DNA of 62,291 nt from Desulfobacteraceae bacterium (GTDB lineage: Bacteria > Desulfobacterota > Desulfobacteria > Desulfobacterales > Desulfobacteraceae), in NCBI GenBank assembly GCA_041685935.1, contig JAWLES010000001.1, positions 1 to 62,291 of the forward strand, in the 5' to 3' direction. Made by a program: the position numbers and the translations under genes. Of this stretch, positions 19,380-29,274 are shown one piece after another. Each line of letters opens with the position of its first letter. The first letter of the stretch is position 1. Below the pieces are notes generated by a model. That model was not told where the DNA came from, ran no database searches, and was given only the letters and a program-made list of their open reading frames with translations.

Positions 19380-20288
19380 ATGCCATTGATAACAATTATC
19401 ATACCAGCTTACAACTACGCCCACCTGCTCCCAAGGGCGGTCGACTCAATCATGGCACAGATTGAAGATGCAGATGTTGAAGTTCTGATTATAGATGATG
19501 GATCAACCGATGAAACTCCTGCAACTATACATACTTTATCAAAGAAATATCCAGAAGCCTTTCGTGCATTACGCAAAGAGAATGGTGGTTTGGCCTCTGT
19601 ACGTAATCGGGGGATAAGGGAAGCGAGAGGCAACTATTTGATTTTTCTGGATGCGGATGATGAAATGGCCCCAAATGGGTTAAAATCAATTAATCAACAT
19701 CTTAAGAACCACCCTGAAAGCCAGATGATAATATGTGGTCATATTTCTATTGAAGAGAATGGGAAATCCCGTAAACATCTACCCAACAACTTATCTGATG
19801 ACCCGGTTACAAGACTATCTGATTATCTTCTAAGCAAGAAAACGAAACTGGTTAATGGAGCTTGTGTGATGCACCGGAAAGTGTTTGAAAGAGGAAATTA
19901 TCCAGAACTATTTCGTAACTCAGAAGACATCCCGGTTTTTTCTCAGGTTCTTGCCAACTATTCATGCTCAATACTCAAACAACCGGTGGTCAAAATATAC
20001 AAACATCATGACAGCCTAAGACACAACATAAATTACGCAAAGGCGACAGGATTAAAACTTATTGAAGAAGTCTTTTCACCGCAACGTCTCGATGAAAAGT
20101 TTTTTGAACTCAGAAACGCATATAAAGTGCAACGTTGTATGTCTTTATTCCGTACCGCTTACCTTGTAGAGGATATTGATACCGCAAAATATTATTTTAA
20201 AAAGGCCTTGAAAAATGATTATCGAGTCTTGTTCAAGTTCACCTATGTGAGAAAAGCTCTCCGAATGTGGATCAAATCTATAGGTTAA
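19380..20288 (+). CDS. Glycosyltransferase family 2
   Basis: GT-A N-terminus IIIPAYNYA, DDGSTDET and the DxD motif FLDADDE. The DNA is AT-richer than its flanks. Confidence 0.8.
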   Translation: MPLITIIIPAYNYAHLLPRAVDSIMAQIEDADVEVLIIDDGSTDETPATIHTLSKKYPEAFRALRKENGGLASVRNRGIREARGNYLIFLDADDEMAPNGLKSINQHLKNHPESQMIICGHISIEENGKSRKHLPNNLSDDPVTRLSDYLLSKKTKLVNGACVMHRKVFERGNYPELFRNSEDIPVFSQVLANYSCSILKQPVVKIYKHHDSLRHNINYAKATGLKLIEEVFSPQRLDEKFFELRNAYKVQRCMSLFRTAYLVEDIDTAKYYFKKALKNDYRVLFKFTYVRKALRMWIKSIG

Positions 20289-20311
20289 AAATAGTTACAT
20301 CAAAATCATTT

Positions 20312-20920
20312 CTAATTCATTTTAAGTGGTTTGCAAATCGCCATTTGAGTATATTGGCCTAAGTTAGTTACCCTATGATCTATCACATTGAAATGTAACG
20401 AAAGATACTTATTGAATTCATGGAATGTCCATTCTCTGATATGTGCTTTATTTTTAGGGGGGCCGTAGTATTTTACCTTCCAAGGCTTATGTATAAGGGA
20501 TCTGTCCGGAGTGGAAATTACAAGATACTTAAAATCTATAGTTTTAATAAAAGTGATTAGCTCATCGGGGTCAACCAAATGCTCAATAACATCTGAACAG
20601 ATAACAACATCGGTAGATAACTCAGGATCTTTTGTAAGGTTGCATACTTCCCATCTCTTTTCTGGATATCTTTCTTTTAAAATTTCTACATTTACAGGAA
20701 GCTCCAAACCAACAGTCTGATATTCTTCGAAGTATGTTATTAATTTATAGGCTGAGCCACAACCAATGTCGATAACACTTTTAAAATTATGCTTTTTCAT
20801 CAAGCCCAGTGCATGCAAATAAACCTCCAACTGCCATTGGTCTTCTTTTGATGAATCATCGTAATGACAATATTCTTTTCTCGATCTATAGAGTTTATTT
20901 ATACAATATCGATTTGACAT
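20312..20920 (-). CDS. Class I SAM-dependent methyltransferase
   Basis: Motif I VIDIGCGSAY and motif post-I VGLE. The DNA is AT-rich. Confidence 0.7.
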   Translation of the reverse strand: MSNRYCINKLYRSRKEYCHYDDSSKEDQWQLEVYLHALGLMKKHNFKSVIDIGCGSAYKLITYFEEYQTVGLELPVNVEILKERYPEKRWEVCNLTKDPELSTDVVICSDVIEHLVDPDELITFIKTIDFKYLVISTPDRSLIHKPWKVKYYGPPKNKAHIREWTFHEFNKYLSLHFNVIDHRVTNLGQYTQMAICKPLKMN

Positions 20921-21145
20921 ATTCCCACCTGATACAAAACTTTTCTTGTGAATTAAAGAGTTATTAATTTTTGTTTTTCATCGACTGATTCTAAAAAGGG
21001 TTTTGAAAAAGAACCTTAATGTTTTACACTATTTCAAATCAATTCAATGCTTTGTATTGAAAAGCCTCTGTTTTGGTATATAGTCTTTTAAAAAAACACC
21101 AATTACAACAGAGGGTGTTATTCAAAACCTGATTCCTTGACCATG

Positions 21146-22744
21146 TTAGGGACTAACATTTCTTTGATAAAGCACCACCTTATTTCTCCCGTCATGAATT
21201 GTTTTCATGACTTTGTATTTTTTTATTTGCGGTGATTGTAATGTTTTTTTTAATTTGAATATGAAGATATCCGGTTTTGTTTTGCGAAGGTTTTTTTGAA
21301 TGTTATTTTTTTTTGTGTTGTTTAGGTGAGAAATTTTTAAGTCTTTTTTGAAATTATCTTTACAATATAACTTATAGTAAAATACAGCGGTTTTGTCTGT
21401 AGTGAGTACTCTGTTTCCACGATCCGTTTTGTTTCGGGTCAGCCATTTTACGGCCTTTGGAACGGCGTCATCCCTTTCTATAACCGGCTCGAAGCTTTTT
21501 AATGCAGGTGCTGTAATCAAGGCGGCCATCAACAAAAGAATCATTTTTTTACGGCTGCCATGAAAGGCTTTGAACCACAATCTCTCTGCCCCGGCGCCAA
21601 TCCAGGGCAGCATAATAAAAGAGGGAATCAGCAGAAATCGTGTGGACAGAAAATCTTTTGCCAACAGAAAGTTATAGGCGAGTGCAATGAACAGCAGCCA
21701 CAGCCAGAGAAAAAATTTGCCGTGGGATACTGTTTTTGATTTGATTCCGAAATAAAGGGGGATACAGGATAAAACGAAAATGTTTTTGATCAGTATTTCA
21801 ACAATTCCGGCAGTGTATAGTAAAAATATGTAATGCCGGGACAGAGCTGCAAGGTTAAAGTGCAACCCTGAGAAAGGCGGATGGTTTTCCGCGGCTCTAA
21901 AGAAATGATAAATATCATGATATTGTTGAAGGAATTGGCCGGTGAAAATATTTGTCAGTTTGCCCCATATGGAGCTGAAACGATTAACCGAGAGGCTTTC
22001 CGGCCCGAAAAAATACAACAGAAAACCTGCGGCGGCAGCAGGTATGGCAGCCCATAGAAAAGCCCTCCAAAGATACAGCTTTTTTCCTTCTTTCCTGATA
22101 ATTCCAAGGCTTACCAGCACGGTGAAATAGAAAAAAAGAAGAATGCACCCTTCCACACGGAAGAGTATGGAGAGCCAAGCCAGGATGAAAGTGTATATAA
22201 ACAGCCTGTTGCAGGTCTGCCGGATTGACATCAGTGCAAAGCAGAGAAACCAGGCAGCGGTTAAAAGGAAAATAGGATCCCTGCTGACATAGAAGGACCA
22301 CTCATTTATTTGAGGCAGTGCGGCAAAAACAAGGCATGCCCAGAAAGCCGGACGTGTTCCTGCGGCAATCCTGGTGATATGGAACAGAGGAATCGTTGCA
22401 AGGACCATGCTGGTAATGGAAACAAAATAGCTCGCCATGATCCAGTCGGGAATGATTTTATGAACAGCCGTGAGAATAAGAGGATACAACGGCATGGGAT
22501 AAAGCTCTATGCCTTTTGCAAAGTTCCCTGCTGCATATTCCATTGCGGATCTGATGTAAAGGGTCCCGTCCATATTGATGGCTGCATCGTGCAGCATGAT
22601 CAAAAGAACTGTTTTGATAAAAAGGGAAACGGCCAGGGCAAAGGCAAGATAGATCCGGCTCTTTTTCTTTTCCGGGAGTCGGGAGAAAGACTCGCAGCCT
22701 CTTTTAAACAATGATTCAGCCGTGTTATTTGTCAAGGTCAGCAT
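21146..22744 (-). CDS. Polytopic GT-C glycosyltransferase (ArnT/PMT, GT39/GT83-like)
   Basis: 532 aa with more than 10 predicted TM segments, followed by a soluble Lys-rich C-terminal domain. The N-terminal loop and TM pattern are typical of ArnT-like undecaprenyl-phosphate-sugar transferases. Confidence 0.55.
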   Translation of the reverse strand: MLTLTNNTAESLFKRGCESFSRLPEKKKSRIYLAFALAVSLFIKTVLLIMLHDAAINMDGTLYIRSAMEYAAGNFAKGIELYPMPLYPLILTAVHKIIPDWIMASYFVSITSMVLATIPLFHITRIAAGTRPAFWACLVFAALPQINEWSFYVSRDPIFLLTAAWFLCFALMSIRQTCNRLFIYTFILAWLSILFRVEGCILLFFYFTVLVSLGIIRKEGKKLYLWRAFLWAAIPAAAAGFLLYFFGPESLSVNRFSSIWGKLTNIFTGQFLQQYHDIYHFFRAAENHPPFSGLHFNLAALSRHYIFLLYTAGIVEILIKNIFVLSCIPLYFGIKSKTVSHGKFFLWLWLLFIALAYNFLLAKDFLSTRFLLIPSFIMLPWIGAGAERLWFKAFHGSRKKMILLLMAALITAPALKSFEPVIERDDAVPKAVKWLTRNKTDRGNRVLTTDKTAVFYYKLYCKDNFKKDLKISHLNNTKKNNIQKNLRKTKPDIFIFKLKKTLQSPQIKKYKVMKTIHDGRNKVVLYQRNVSP

Positions 22745-23046
22745 CTTTCAGAGTCAGCCTGAGGCAGAGCCCGGTCAGTTCAGGGTTTATATGGTTGGGG
22801 ACCGGTATGGTAACTTTTGGTTGAGCCATTTGCTGTATATTTTTGGATACTCTGCGTTCAAAAATAATTTTAAGTTTTAAGACGGGGATAATACCAGACC
22901 GCTTCCGGTTGCACAAGCTTTAAATGAACCCGCCAGTCAAGATCATCATCCTTGTGTTTTATTTTTCCGTAAATTGAATTGTATTTGCGGATCAGATGAA
23001 GATCTGTGTTGCCAATGTTTTGCCGCATGTGGTATATATTTTTGCT

Positions 23047-23787
23047 ATGACAACCGCGATTATACCATCCAGGTTCGGCTCCAAAAGATTCGAAGGCAAG
23101 GCGCTGGCCAATATCAGAGGGCTGCCCATGATTCTTCATGTATACAGGCGGGCGAAACTTGCAGAGAATATTTCCAGGGTCGTCGTGGCCACTGATGATA
23201 CACGTATATCAGAGGTGGTCAAATCATACGGAGGGGAGGCGGTCATGACCTCGCCTGTCATGAGAAGCGGTACGGATAGAGTGGCACAGGCTGCTGAAAT
23301 GCTGGATTTGCCGGATCAGGAGGTTGTGGTAAACATCCAGGGGGATCAGCCGGTGTTCCGGCCTGAATGTCTGGACAGCCTTGTTTCTCCTTTCAAGGAG
23401 GACAGTGATATGTATATGGCGACCCTTGCATGCAGGATTTCCGGAGAAGAGCAAATGGAAGATCCGAACTGTGTAAAAGTCGTTTTCAACCATTACGGAG
23501 ACGCCCTCTATTTTTCAAGGGCCGGGATTCCCTTTTCAAGGGATGATAAGGCGCTTGTCCAGGGTTATAAACATCTTGGATTTTATGCATATACAAACAG
23601 TTTTCTGCAAAAGGCGGCCAATCTTCCGTCCGGAGTTTTTGAGCCTGTTGAAAAACTTGAACAGCTGAGGGTTCTTGAGTTCGGGTACAAAATCAGGGTT
23701 GTGGTAACACGGTACGATTCTCCCGGAGTCGACCAGCCCCCGGACATAAGGAAAATTGAAAAGCTTCTGCCGGAATCGTGCGTCTGA
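23047..23787 (+). CDS. kdsB: 3-deoxy-manno-octulosonate cytidylyltransferase (CMP-Kdo synthetase)
   Basis: MTTAIIPSRFGSKRFEGKALANIRGLPMILHV parallels the E. coli KdsB N-terminus, and IQGDQP is present. I prefer the ATG at 23047. Confidence 0.85.
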   Translation: MTTAIIPSRFGSKRFEGKALANIRGLPMILHVYRRAKLAENISRVVVATDDTRISEVVKSYGGEAVMTSPVMRSGTDRVAQAAEMLDLPDQEVVVNIQGDQPVFRPECLDSLVSPFKEDSDMYMATLACRISGEEQMEDPNCVKVVFNHYGDALYFSRAGIPFSRDDKALVQGYKHLGFYAYTNSFLQKAANLPSGVFEPVEKLEQLRVLEFGYKIRVVVTRYDSPGVDQPPDIRKIEKLLPESCV

Positions 23788-24483
23788 ATGTATTATACTG
23801 AATACAGATCATACATATTCAGATCATCCGTTCCCCTTGAACCGGAAACCCTTGATAGGTTTGTCAGGATTTTCAGAGGTGACGAGAGCTCTTGCGCCCG
23901 GACAGGTTTGTCCGATTCCGGCACGGTGCTGGGGGGAAGGACATCCTCCCGTTTCACGGAAATACCTGAAACCGGGCCTGTGGCAGTTAAATTTTATTCA
24001 AGAGGGGGGCTGATAAGGCATATCTCCAGTGACCGGTACTTTTATACCGGAAGTATCAGGTCCGGTGTTGAATTCAGTTTTTTATCTCATGCCAGGAAAG
24101 CGGGGGTCAGTGTCCCGTTCCCCCTTGCCTATGCAAGCAAAGGGCGTGTTTTTTACAGGGCTTGGCTGATCACCCGCCGGATACAGGCGCATACAAGCTT
24201 TGCCGAACTCTGTCTGAATGATCCGGAACGGGCGTTCCGCCTGGTTCCGTCAATCAGCCGGAGTGTAAGGAGACTGGTGGAAAAGGGGATATGCCATGTT
24301 GACCTTCATCCGGGGAATGTTCTCATAGACTGGAATGATGTCAACTATATTATAGATTTTGACAAGGCGTTTTTTTATTCAAAAAGCCGTGCAAAACTTG
24401 CGGAAAAATACCGGAACAGGTGGGCGAGGGCAGTGAGAAAGCACGGGCTGCCTGAATCTTTTGCCGTACTTGATATCGAATGA
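23788..24483 (+). CDS. kdkA: Kdo kinase-like LPS kinase
   Basis: HVDLHPGNVLI, IIDFDKA and a C-terminal RWARAVRK, matching the KdkA-family layout. It lies immediately downstream of kdsB. Confidence 0.6.
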   Translation: MYYTEYRSYIFRSSVPLEPETLDRFVRIFRGDESSCARTGLSDSGTVLGGRTSSRFTEIPETGPVAVKFYSRGGLIRHISSDRYFYTGSIRSGVEFSFLSHARKAGVSVPFPLAYASKGRVFYRAWLITRRIQAHTSFAELCLNDPERAFRLVPSISRSVRRLVEKGICHVDLHPGNVLIDWNDVNYIIDFDKAFFYSKSRAKLAEKYRNRWARAVRKHGLPESFAVLDIE

Positions 24484-24521
24484 TTTTTTAAAACGGATTT
24501 ACCCTTATCTCAAACAGCTGC

Positions 24522-25493
24522 ATGGATATGAAGATTCTGGTGATTAAACTCGGCGCGCTCGGGGATGTGATCAATACGTTTCCGGTGGTTGTAAATATAC
24601 AAAAGCATTTCAGCGCTGAAATACACTGGCTTGTGGCGCCGCTCAGCCGCCCCCTGGTATCGGCGCACCATGCGGTCACAAGGACCATTGTATTTGACAA
24701 AACCCGGTTGAAGGAAAACCTGCCTGAATTGCTCAGGAATCTCAGGGAGACGGATTATGATGTCATAATCGATTTCCAGAGGATCCTGAAATCAGGACTT
24801 TTCTGCCTTGCGGCAAAGGGAAAAAGGCGTATCGGGTTTGACAGGAAACGGTGCAAGGAGATGACATCTCTGCTTCCCTTTGAGCGGATACCTCCCGGCG
24901 ACCCTGGGTCGCATATGCTGATGCAGTACATGGAGTTCGGCAGATACCTGGGGGTCCCCTGCGAACATACTGCCTGGGAGATACCCCGTTTTAAAAACAA
25001 TGTGTCCGGCCTTCCGCCCCGGTATGCAGTATTGAACATCGGGGCCACCAAAGCCCCGAACCAATGGCCGCCCCACAGTTTTGCCGAACTTGCCGACCTT
25101 ATTTACAAGGCTTTTCATATCCCCTGCGTTATTACGGGCGGCCCTGGAGATCAGGACCGTGCCGCAGTGGTGAAAAATCTTGCACAAACCGAGGTCCTTG
25201 ACCTGGCAGGCAGGACAACTGTTTCGGATCTGGTGGAAGTTATTGCACGGGCCGAATGTGTCATAACTTCGGACACAGGCCCTATGCACCTGGCTTCAGC
25301 TTTAGGGACCCGTCTTGTCGCACTTTTCGGACCGTCGGACCCTTCAAGGACCGGACCTTTCAGGGGAGAGGTTTTGCAGAGGCATGTGCCGTGCGGCCCG
25401 TGCAATAAAAAAAAATGCAGCAACCCGGTATGCATGGATCAAATCAGACCGGGTGATGTGATGGACCGCCTGTCGGAGATGCTCAGGGTGTGA
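24522..25493 (+). CDS. Glycosyltransferase family 9 (LPS heptosyltransferase)
   Basis: N-terminus KILVIKLGALGDVINTFP and C-terminal SDTGPMHLASALG. Confidence 0.8.
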   Translation: MDMKILVIKLGALGDVINTFPVVVNIQKHFSAEIHWLVAPLSRPLVSAHHAVTRTIVFDKTRLKENLPELLRNLRETDYDVIIDFQRILKSGLFCLAAKGKRRIGFDRKRCKEMTSLLPFERIPPGDPGSHMLMQYMEFGRYLGVPCEHTAWEIPRFKNNVSGLPPRYAVLNIGATKAPNQWPPHSFAELADLIYKAFHIPCVITGGPGDQDRAAVVKNLAQTEVLDLAGRTTVSDLVEVIARAECVITSDTGPMHLASALGTRLVALFGPSDPSRTGPFRGEVLQRHVPCGPCNKKKCSNPVCMDQIRPGDVMDRLSEMLRV

Positions 25494-25545
25494 TGAAAGA
25501 GCGGGTGTCGCCGGCAAGCAGCCCCGGCTGCTAAGCCTGAAACTG

Positions 25546-26547
25546 CTAAAGAAGTTCCTCTGCCGCTTTTATGACTCTTTCAGCAGGCAGGTTCATGCAG
25601 GCTTCGGTGTTGTTCGGACACCTGTTGCTGCCGTGCCGCCTGCACGGTTTGCACTCAAGGGTCTCATCCTGAACCACAACCGCATCAGGGTTTTGCCAGG
25701 GGCCGAATCCGAACTCAGGAGAAGTGGCGCAGAAGATCGCCACAGTGGGTTTTTTAAATGCCGAGGCCATGTGAAGCGGCATGCTGTCGTTGCAGATCAC
25801 AAGCCTTGATCCGGCAATCACATACATGGTTTCCGAAAGGGATATCCTTCCTGAAAAATCAATGACTTCAAGCCCTTCAGCAATTTTCCGGCAGATTCCA
25901 GTATCATCTTTGCCCCCCACCAGGACAACCTGTAAGCCCTGTTTTAAGAAATATTCACAGGTTTTCCTGTATTCCGTAAAAGACCACTGTTTTGTTTTCC
26001 AGGCGCTTCCAGGAGCCATTGCAATGTAGCCGGCGGATTCAGGCAGCGAGTTTGCGGTTTGAGGGGAGATGCTTTCCCGGGAAGGTGGATGGAGCCTCAG
26101 GCGCTTATCCAGTTTTTCACTGTCCATTTCCTTGTAAAGGAGAGACAGGTTTCTTGTGGCTGCGTGGCCCTGCAGGTCCTTTTCTCTTTTTTCGGTATAC
26201 AGGAAGTTCATTTTTGCATCACGAAACCCGATCCGCTCCGGGATTCCTGAAAGATAAAGCAGCATTGCGGTTCGGTGGGATCTGTGCAGCGAATAGACCC
26301 TGTCAAAGGACTGCGCCTTAAGTGCCCTTGCTTTATGCAGAAGGCCGCTCATGCTTTTTTCTTTGCCCCTTTTGTCAAAAACAACCAGGCTGTCAACAAG
26401 CGGGTCGCTTTGAAACAGGCCGGAAGCGGCAGGTGTGGTCATGAGAGTTATTCCGGACTGCGGATGAATCTGTTTTATGCCTGAAACAACAGGTGTTGAA
26501 AGGATGGTGTCTCCAAGAAAGCTCAACTGCACCAGAAGGATTTTCAT
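25546..26547 (-). CDS. Glycosyltransferase family 9 (LPS heptosyltransferase)
   Basis: MKILLVQLSFLGDTILSTP and NDSMPLHMASAF. Confidence 0.8.
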   Translation of the reverse strand: MKILLVQLSFLGDTILSTPVVSGIKQIHPQSGITLMTTPAASGLFQSDPLVDSLVVFDKRGKEKSMSGLLHKARALKAQSFDRVYSLHRSHRTAMLLYLSGIPERIGFRDAKMNFLYTEKREKDLQGHAATRNLSLLYKEMDSEKLDKRLRLHPPSRESISPQTANSLPESAGYIAMAPGSAWKTKQWSFTEYRKTCEYFLKQGLQVVLVGGKDDTGICRKIAEGLEVIDFSGRISLSETMYVIAGSRLVICNDSMPLHMASAFKKPTVAIFCATSPEFGFGPWQNPDAVVVQDETLECKPCRRHGSNRCPNNTEACMNLPAERVIKAAEELL

Positions 26548-26904
26548 AGCTCTATCATGCGTTTGTTTGGATCACTGCACACGCAAACTTTATGCAGTAT
26601 TGGGAATATGTTATACTTTAAAGTGTCAATAGGTTGAATATGGCCCCGTGTAAACCGCACAGAGTTTAGAACAGGGAAGGGAAAATTTCAAGGCATTTCT
26701 TCCGGCACTTTGTCATGAACGGTTTTTCCGGAATCTTCCGAGTACTGATATCTGATATATTTATGATCCGGAAAACAAGGGAGGATAAATGATTGATAAT
26801 TTGCCGGTTTTTATGTATAGTTCAAAGATTTTCGATCGACTTGACTTGAGTTGACCGCTGATCGTGGTCTGCTGTAATTATGGTTTTGGGAGTATAAGAA
26901 AAAC

Positions 26905-27936
26905 ATGACTGATATGAAGGATAAGAAAATCGGTGTTGTCGGTGCGGGCAGCTGGGGTACCGCCCTTGCCAAACATCTTGCCGGAAAAGGGTTTGAAATC
27001 GATTTGTGGGCCTTTGAAAAAGAGGTCAAAGAGCAGATTCAAAAGACAAGGGAAAATCAGTATTTCCTTGAAGGAGTCACACTTCCTGAAAATATCCATC
27101 CTTCCAACGATCTTGAAAAGGTTGTAAGCGGAAAAGATCTGGTTCTTGTGGTGGTCCCTTCCCATTGCATGAGGGAGGTCGCCCAAAACATGAAGGGTTT
27201 CATGCGCCCTGAAAGTATTGTGGTGTCCGCTTCAAAGGGAATAGAGAATAAAACTCATTTGACAATGACTGATATCCTCAGGGAAAAGTTCGATTTTATG
27301 GACAGCGGAAATTTTGCCGTGCTTTCCGGCCCCAGCTTTGCCAAAGAGGTAGCGGACAATTCCCCCACGGTAGTGGCGGCGGCATCATCGGATTTGAAAA
27401 CGGCCGAATTCGTGCAGAAAGTTTTTTCCGGCCCCGCTTTCAGGGTATATGTAAACACCGATACCGTGGGTGTTGAAATCGGAGGGGCTGTGAAAAATGT
27501 GATCGCCATTGCAGCAGGCATATGTGATGGTATGGCCCTGGGATACAATGCAAGAGCGGCTCTCATTACCAGGGGACTTGCCGAAATGAAGCGTCTTGGG
27601 ACCAGGCTGGGCGCGGATCCGTTAACCCTTGCAGGTCTTGCCGGAGTCGGAGACCTCATGCTGACCTGCACAGGAGAGTTGAGCAGGAACTACACCGTGG
27701 GGAAAAAGATCGGCAAGGGCCAGAAAATAGAGGATATTATTTCCGAGATGAGGATGGTGGCAGAGGGAGTGAAGACCACAAAATCCGTTTATAATCTTTC
27801 CCGCAAACTGGGAGTTGAGCTGCCGATATGCAACGAAGTCTATTATGTTCTGTTTGAAGATCTTGACGTGAACCAGACCATAAAAAGACTCATGAACAGG
27901 GATTTGAAACACGAACTGGACGGGGTTGTATTCTAG
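26905..27936 (+). CDS. gpsA: NAD(P)H-dependent glycerol-3-phosphate dehydrogenase
   Basis: IGVVGAGSWGTALA, GPSFAKEV and KNVIAIAAG. Confidence 0.9.
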   Translation: MTDMKDKKIGVVGAGSWGTALAKHLAGKGFEIDLWAFEKEVKEQIQKTRENQYFLEGVTLPENIHPSNDLEKVVSGKDLVLVVVPSHCMREVAQNMKGFMRPESIVVSASKGIENKTHLTMTDILREKFDFMDSGNFAVLSGPSFAKEVADNSPTVVAAASSDLKTAEFVQKVFSGPAFRVYVNTDTVGVEIGGAVKNVIAIAAGICDGMALGYNARAALITRGLAEMKRLGTRLGADPLTLAGLAGVGDLMLTCTGELSRNYTVGKKIGKGQKIEDIISEMRMVAEGVKTTKSVYNLSRKLGVELPICNEVYYVLFEDLDVNQTIKRLMNRDLKHELDGVVF

Positions 27937-29243
27937 GGGGTTTTCCCGGGAAGATAACGTTCGATTTCGGCTGCAGCCTGTTTTGTCCCCCCTTGACGGC
28001 TGAGAATGTACCTGATTGCGGATTCTGTTTTCACTTCCCTTTCCCCTGGATTTTTTATTTCGTAAATAAGGCGGTCAGCTGCATCTTTCCAGTTTTCCGT
28101 CTTGAAAACAATACCGGTTTCGAATATCTCGGAGCCCACCCATTTGAAATTGTCAAGATAAGGGCCTGTGACTGTGGAGACGCCTTTAACTGCAGGTTCA
28201 ATAAAGTTTTGGCCGCCCAGGGGCTTGAAGCTGCCCCCGACAAGGGCTGCATCCGCATATGCATAAGCTTTTTTGAGTTCGCCGAATGTGTCCCACAGCA
28301 CAACTGTCCCTGCTTTTGGAGGTTCGGACATACCGGACCTCAGTATCCATTCTGCATTTAAACGGCCAAGGCGTTTTTCCCATGCAGTGATCCGGTGCAT
28401 GTGCCTGGGGAAAATTCCGATGATGCAGCCGGGCAGAGCGGAACCGAGATAATTCAATATTTTTTCCATGTCCTTTTCCTCCTCCTTTCTGACGGACGCG
28501 AAAACCAGAAAACACGAGCCGCTTTCCGGGGAATTGTCAAGGGCCGCCTCCGGCTGTCCGGAGGTTGCAAAGTCATCAAACTTGATGTTGGGCATGAATT
28601 GAACACTGGAATCGGGAAACAGGAATTTGAACCTTTTTTTGTCCGGGTCCGAAGTTGCATATATCCTGTCGGGATAAAGGGGCTTCCATAAAAGCCCGGT
28701 TTGCCGGTATCGTTTAAAGCTTTTTCCGGAAAGCCTCCCGTTGATGATGAAAATCCGGGATCTGTTTCTTTTTAAGTAAAAGAGCAGGGCGGGCCAAAGT
28801 TCGGTCTCGAGCAGGACCATTATCTCGGGGTTGATTTGCTTTATTGCTTTGTCAATGATTTCCGGCATGTCAAAGGGCGACCATTCCACTTGAACCCTCA
28901 GGCGCGAAGGGGGCGGGTTGTGCTTTAATTCCCTGTTTAGTATATCCATGCCCTGGGATGTGGTTGAGGTTAGAAGAACCCGTATCGGCTCTGCCGGATT
29001 GACAGCCCTGATCAGCTGAGCTCCAAGATAGGCTTCTCCGGCTGATGCGGCCTGAATCCAGATGTCGGCCTTTTTAAAATGAGAGGCTGAAATCCTTTTG
29101 GGAAAGCCGGATTTCAATCTGGCGTTTCTTTTCATGAACGGCAATGCCAGCCGCCATACTGTATTGTAAATCATGAGAAAATATATTATAAACTTGTTTC
29201 TTTTCATGAGGCGCATGATCTCATGATTTTTATTTATTGACAA
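27933..29243 (-). CDS. waaA: 3-deoxy-D-manno-octulosonic acid transferase
   Basis: IWIQAASAGE motif and GGSF...GGQNFIEP. The N-terminal start is uncertain. Confidence 0.85.
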   Translation of the reverse strand: MSINKNHEIMRLMKRNKFIIYFLMIYNTVWRLALPFMKRNARLKSGFPKRISASHFKKADIWIQAASAGEAYLGAQLIRAVNPAEPIRVLLTSTTSQGMDILNRELKHNPPPSRLRVQVEWSPFDMPEIIDKAIKQINPEIMVLLETELWPALLFYLKRNRSRIFIINGRLSGKSFKRYRQTGLLWKPLYPDRIYATSDPDKKRFKFLFPDSSVQFMPNIKFDDFATSGQPEAALDNSPESGSCFLVFASVRKEEEKDMEKILNYLGSALPGCIIGIFPRHMHRITAWEKRLGRLNAEWILRSGMSEPPKAGTVVLWDTFGELKKAYAYADAALVGGSFKPLGGQNFIEPAVKGVSTVTGPYLDNFKWVGSEIFETGIVFKTENWKDAADRLIYEIKNPGEREVKTESAIRYILSRQGGTKQAAAEIERYLPGKTP

Positions 29244-29274
29244 TACTTTTGATGATGCCTGATAATGCAGGATT

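Noticed and set aside
26852-26908. Read-through of the TGA ending the 21-codon mini-ORF as Sec.
   Set aside because: The extension (PLIVVCCNYGFGSIRKT) has no family resemblance, no obvious hairpin follows, and it would run into the gpsA start.
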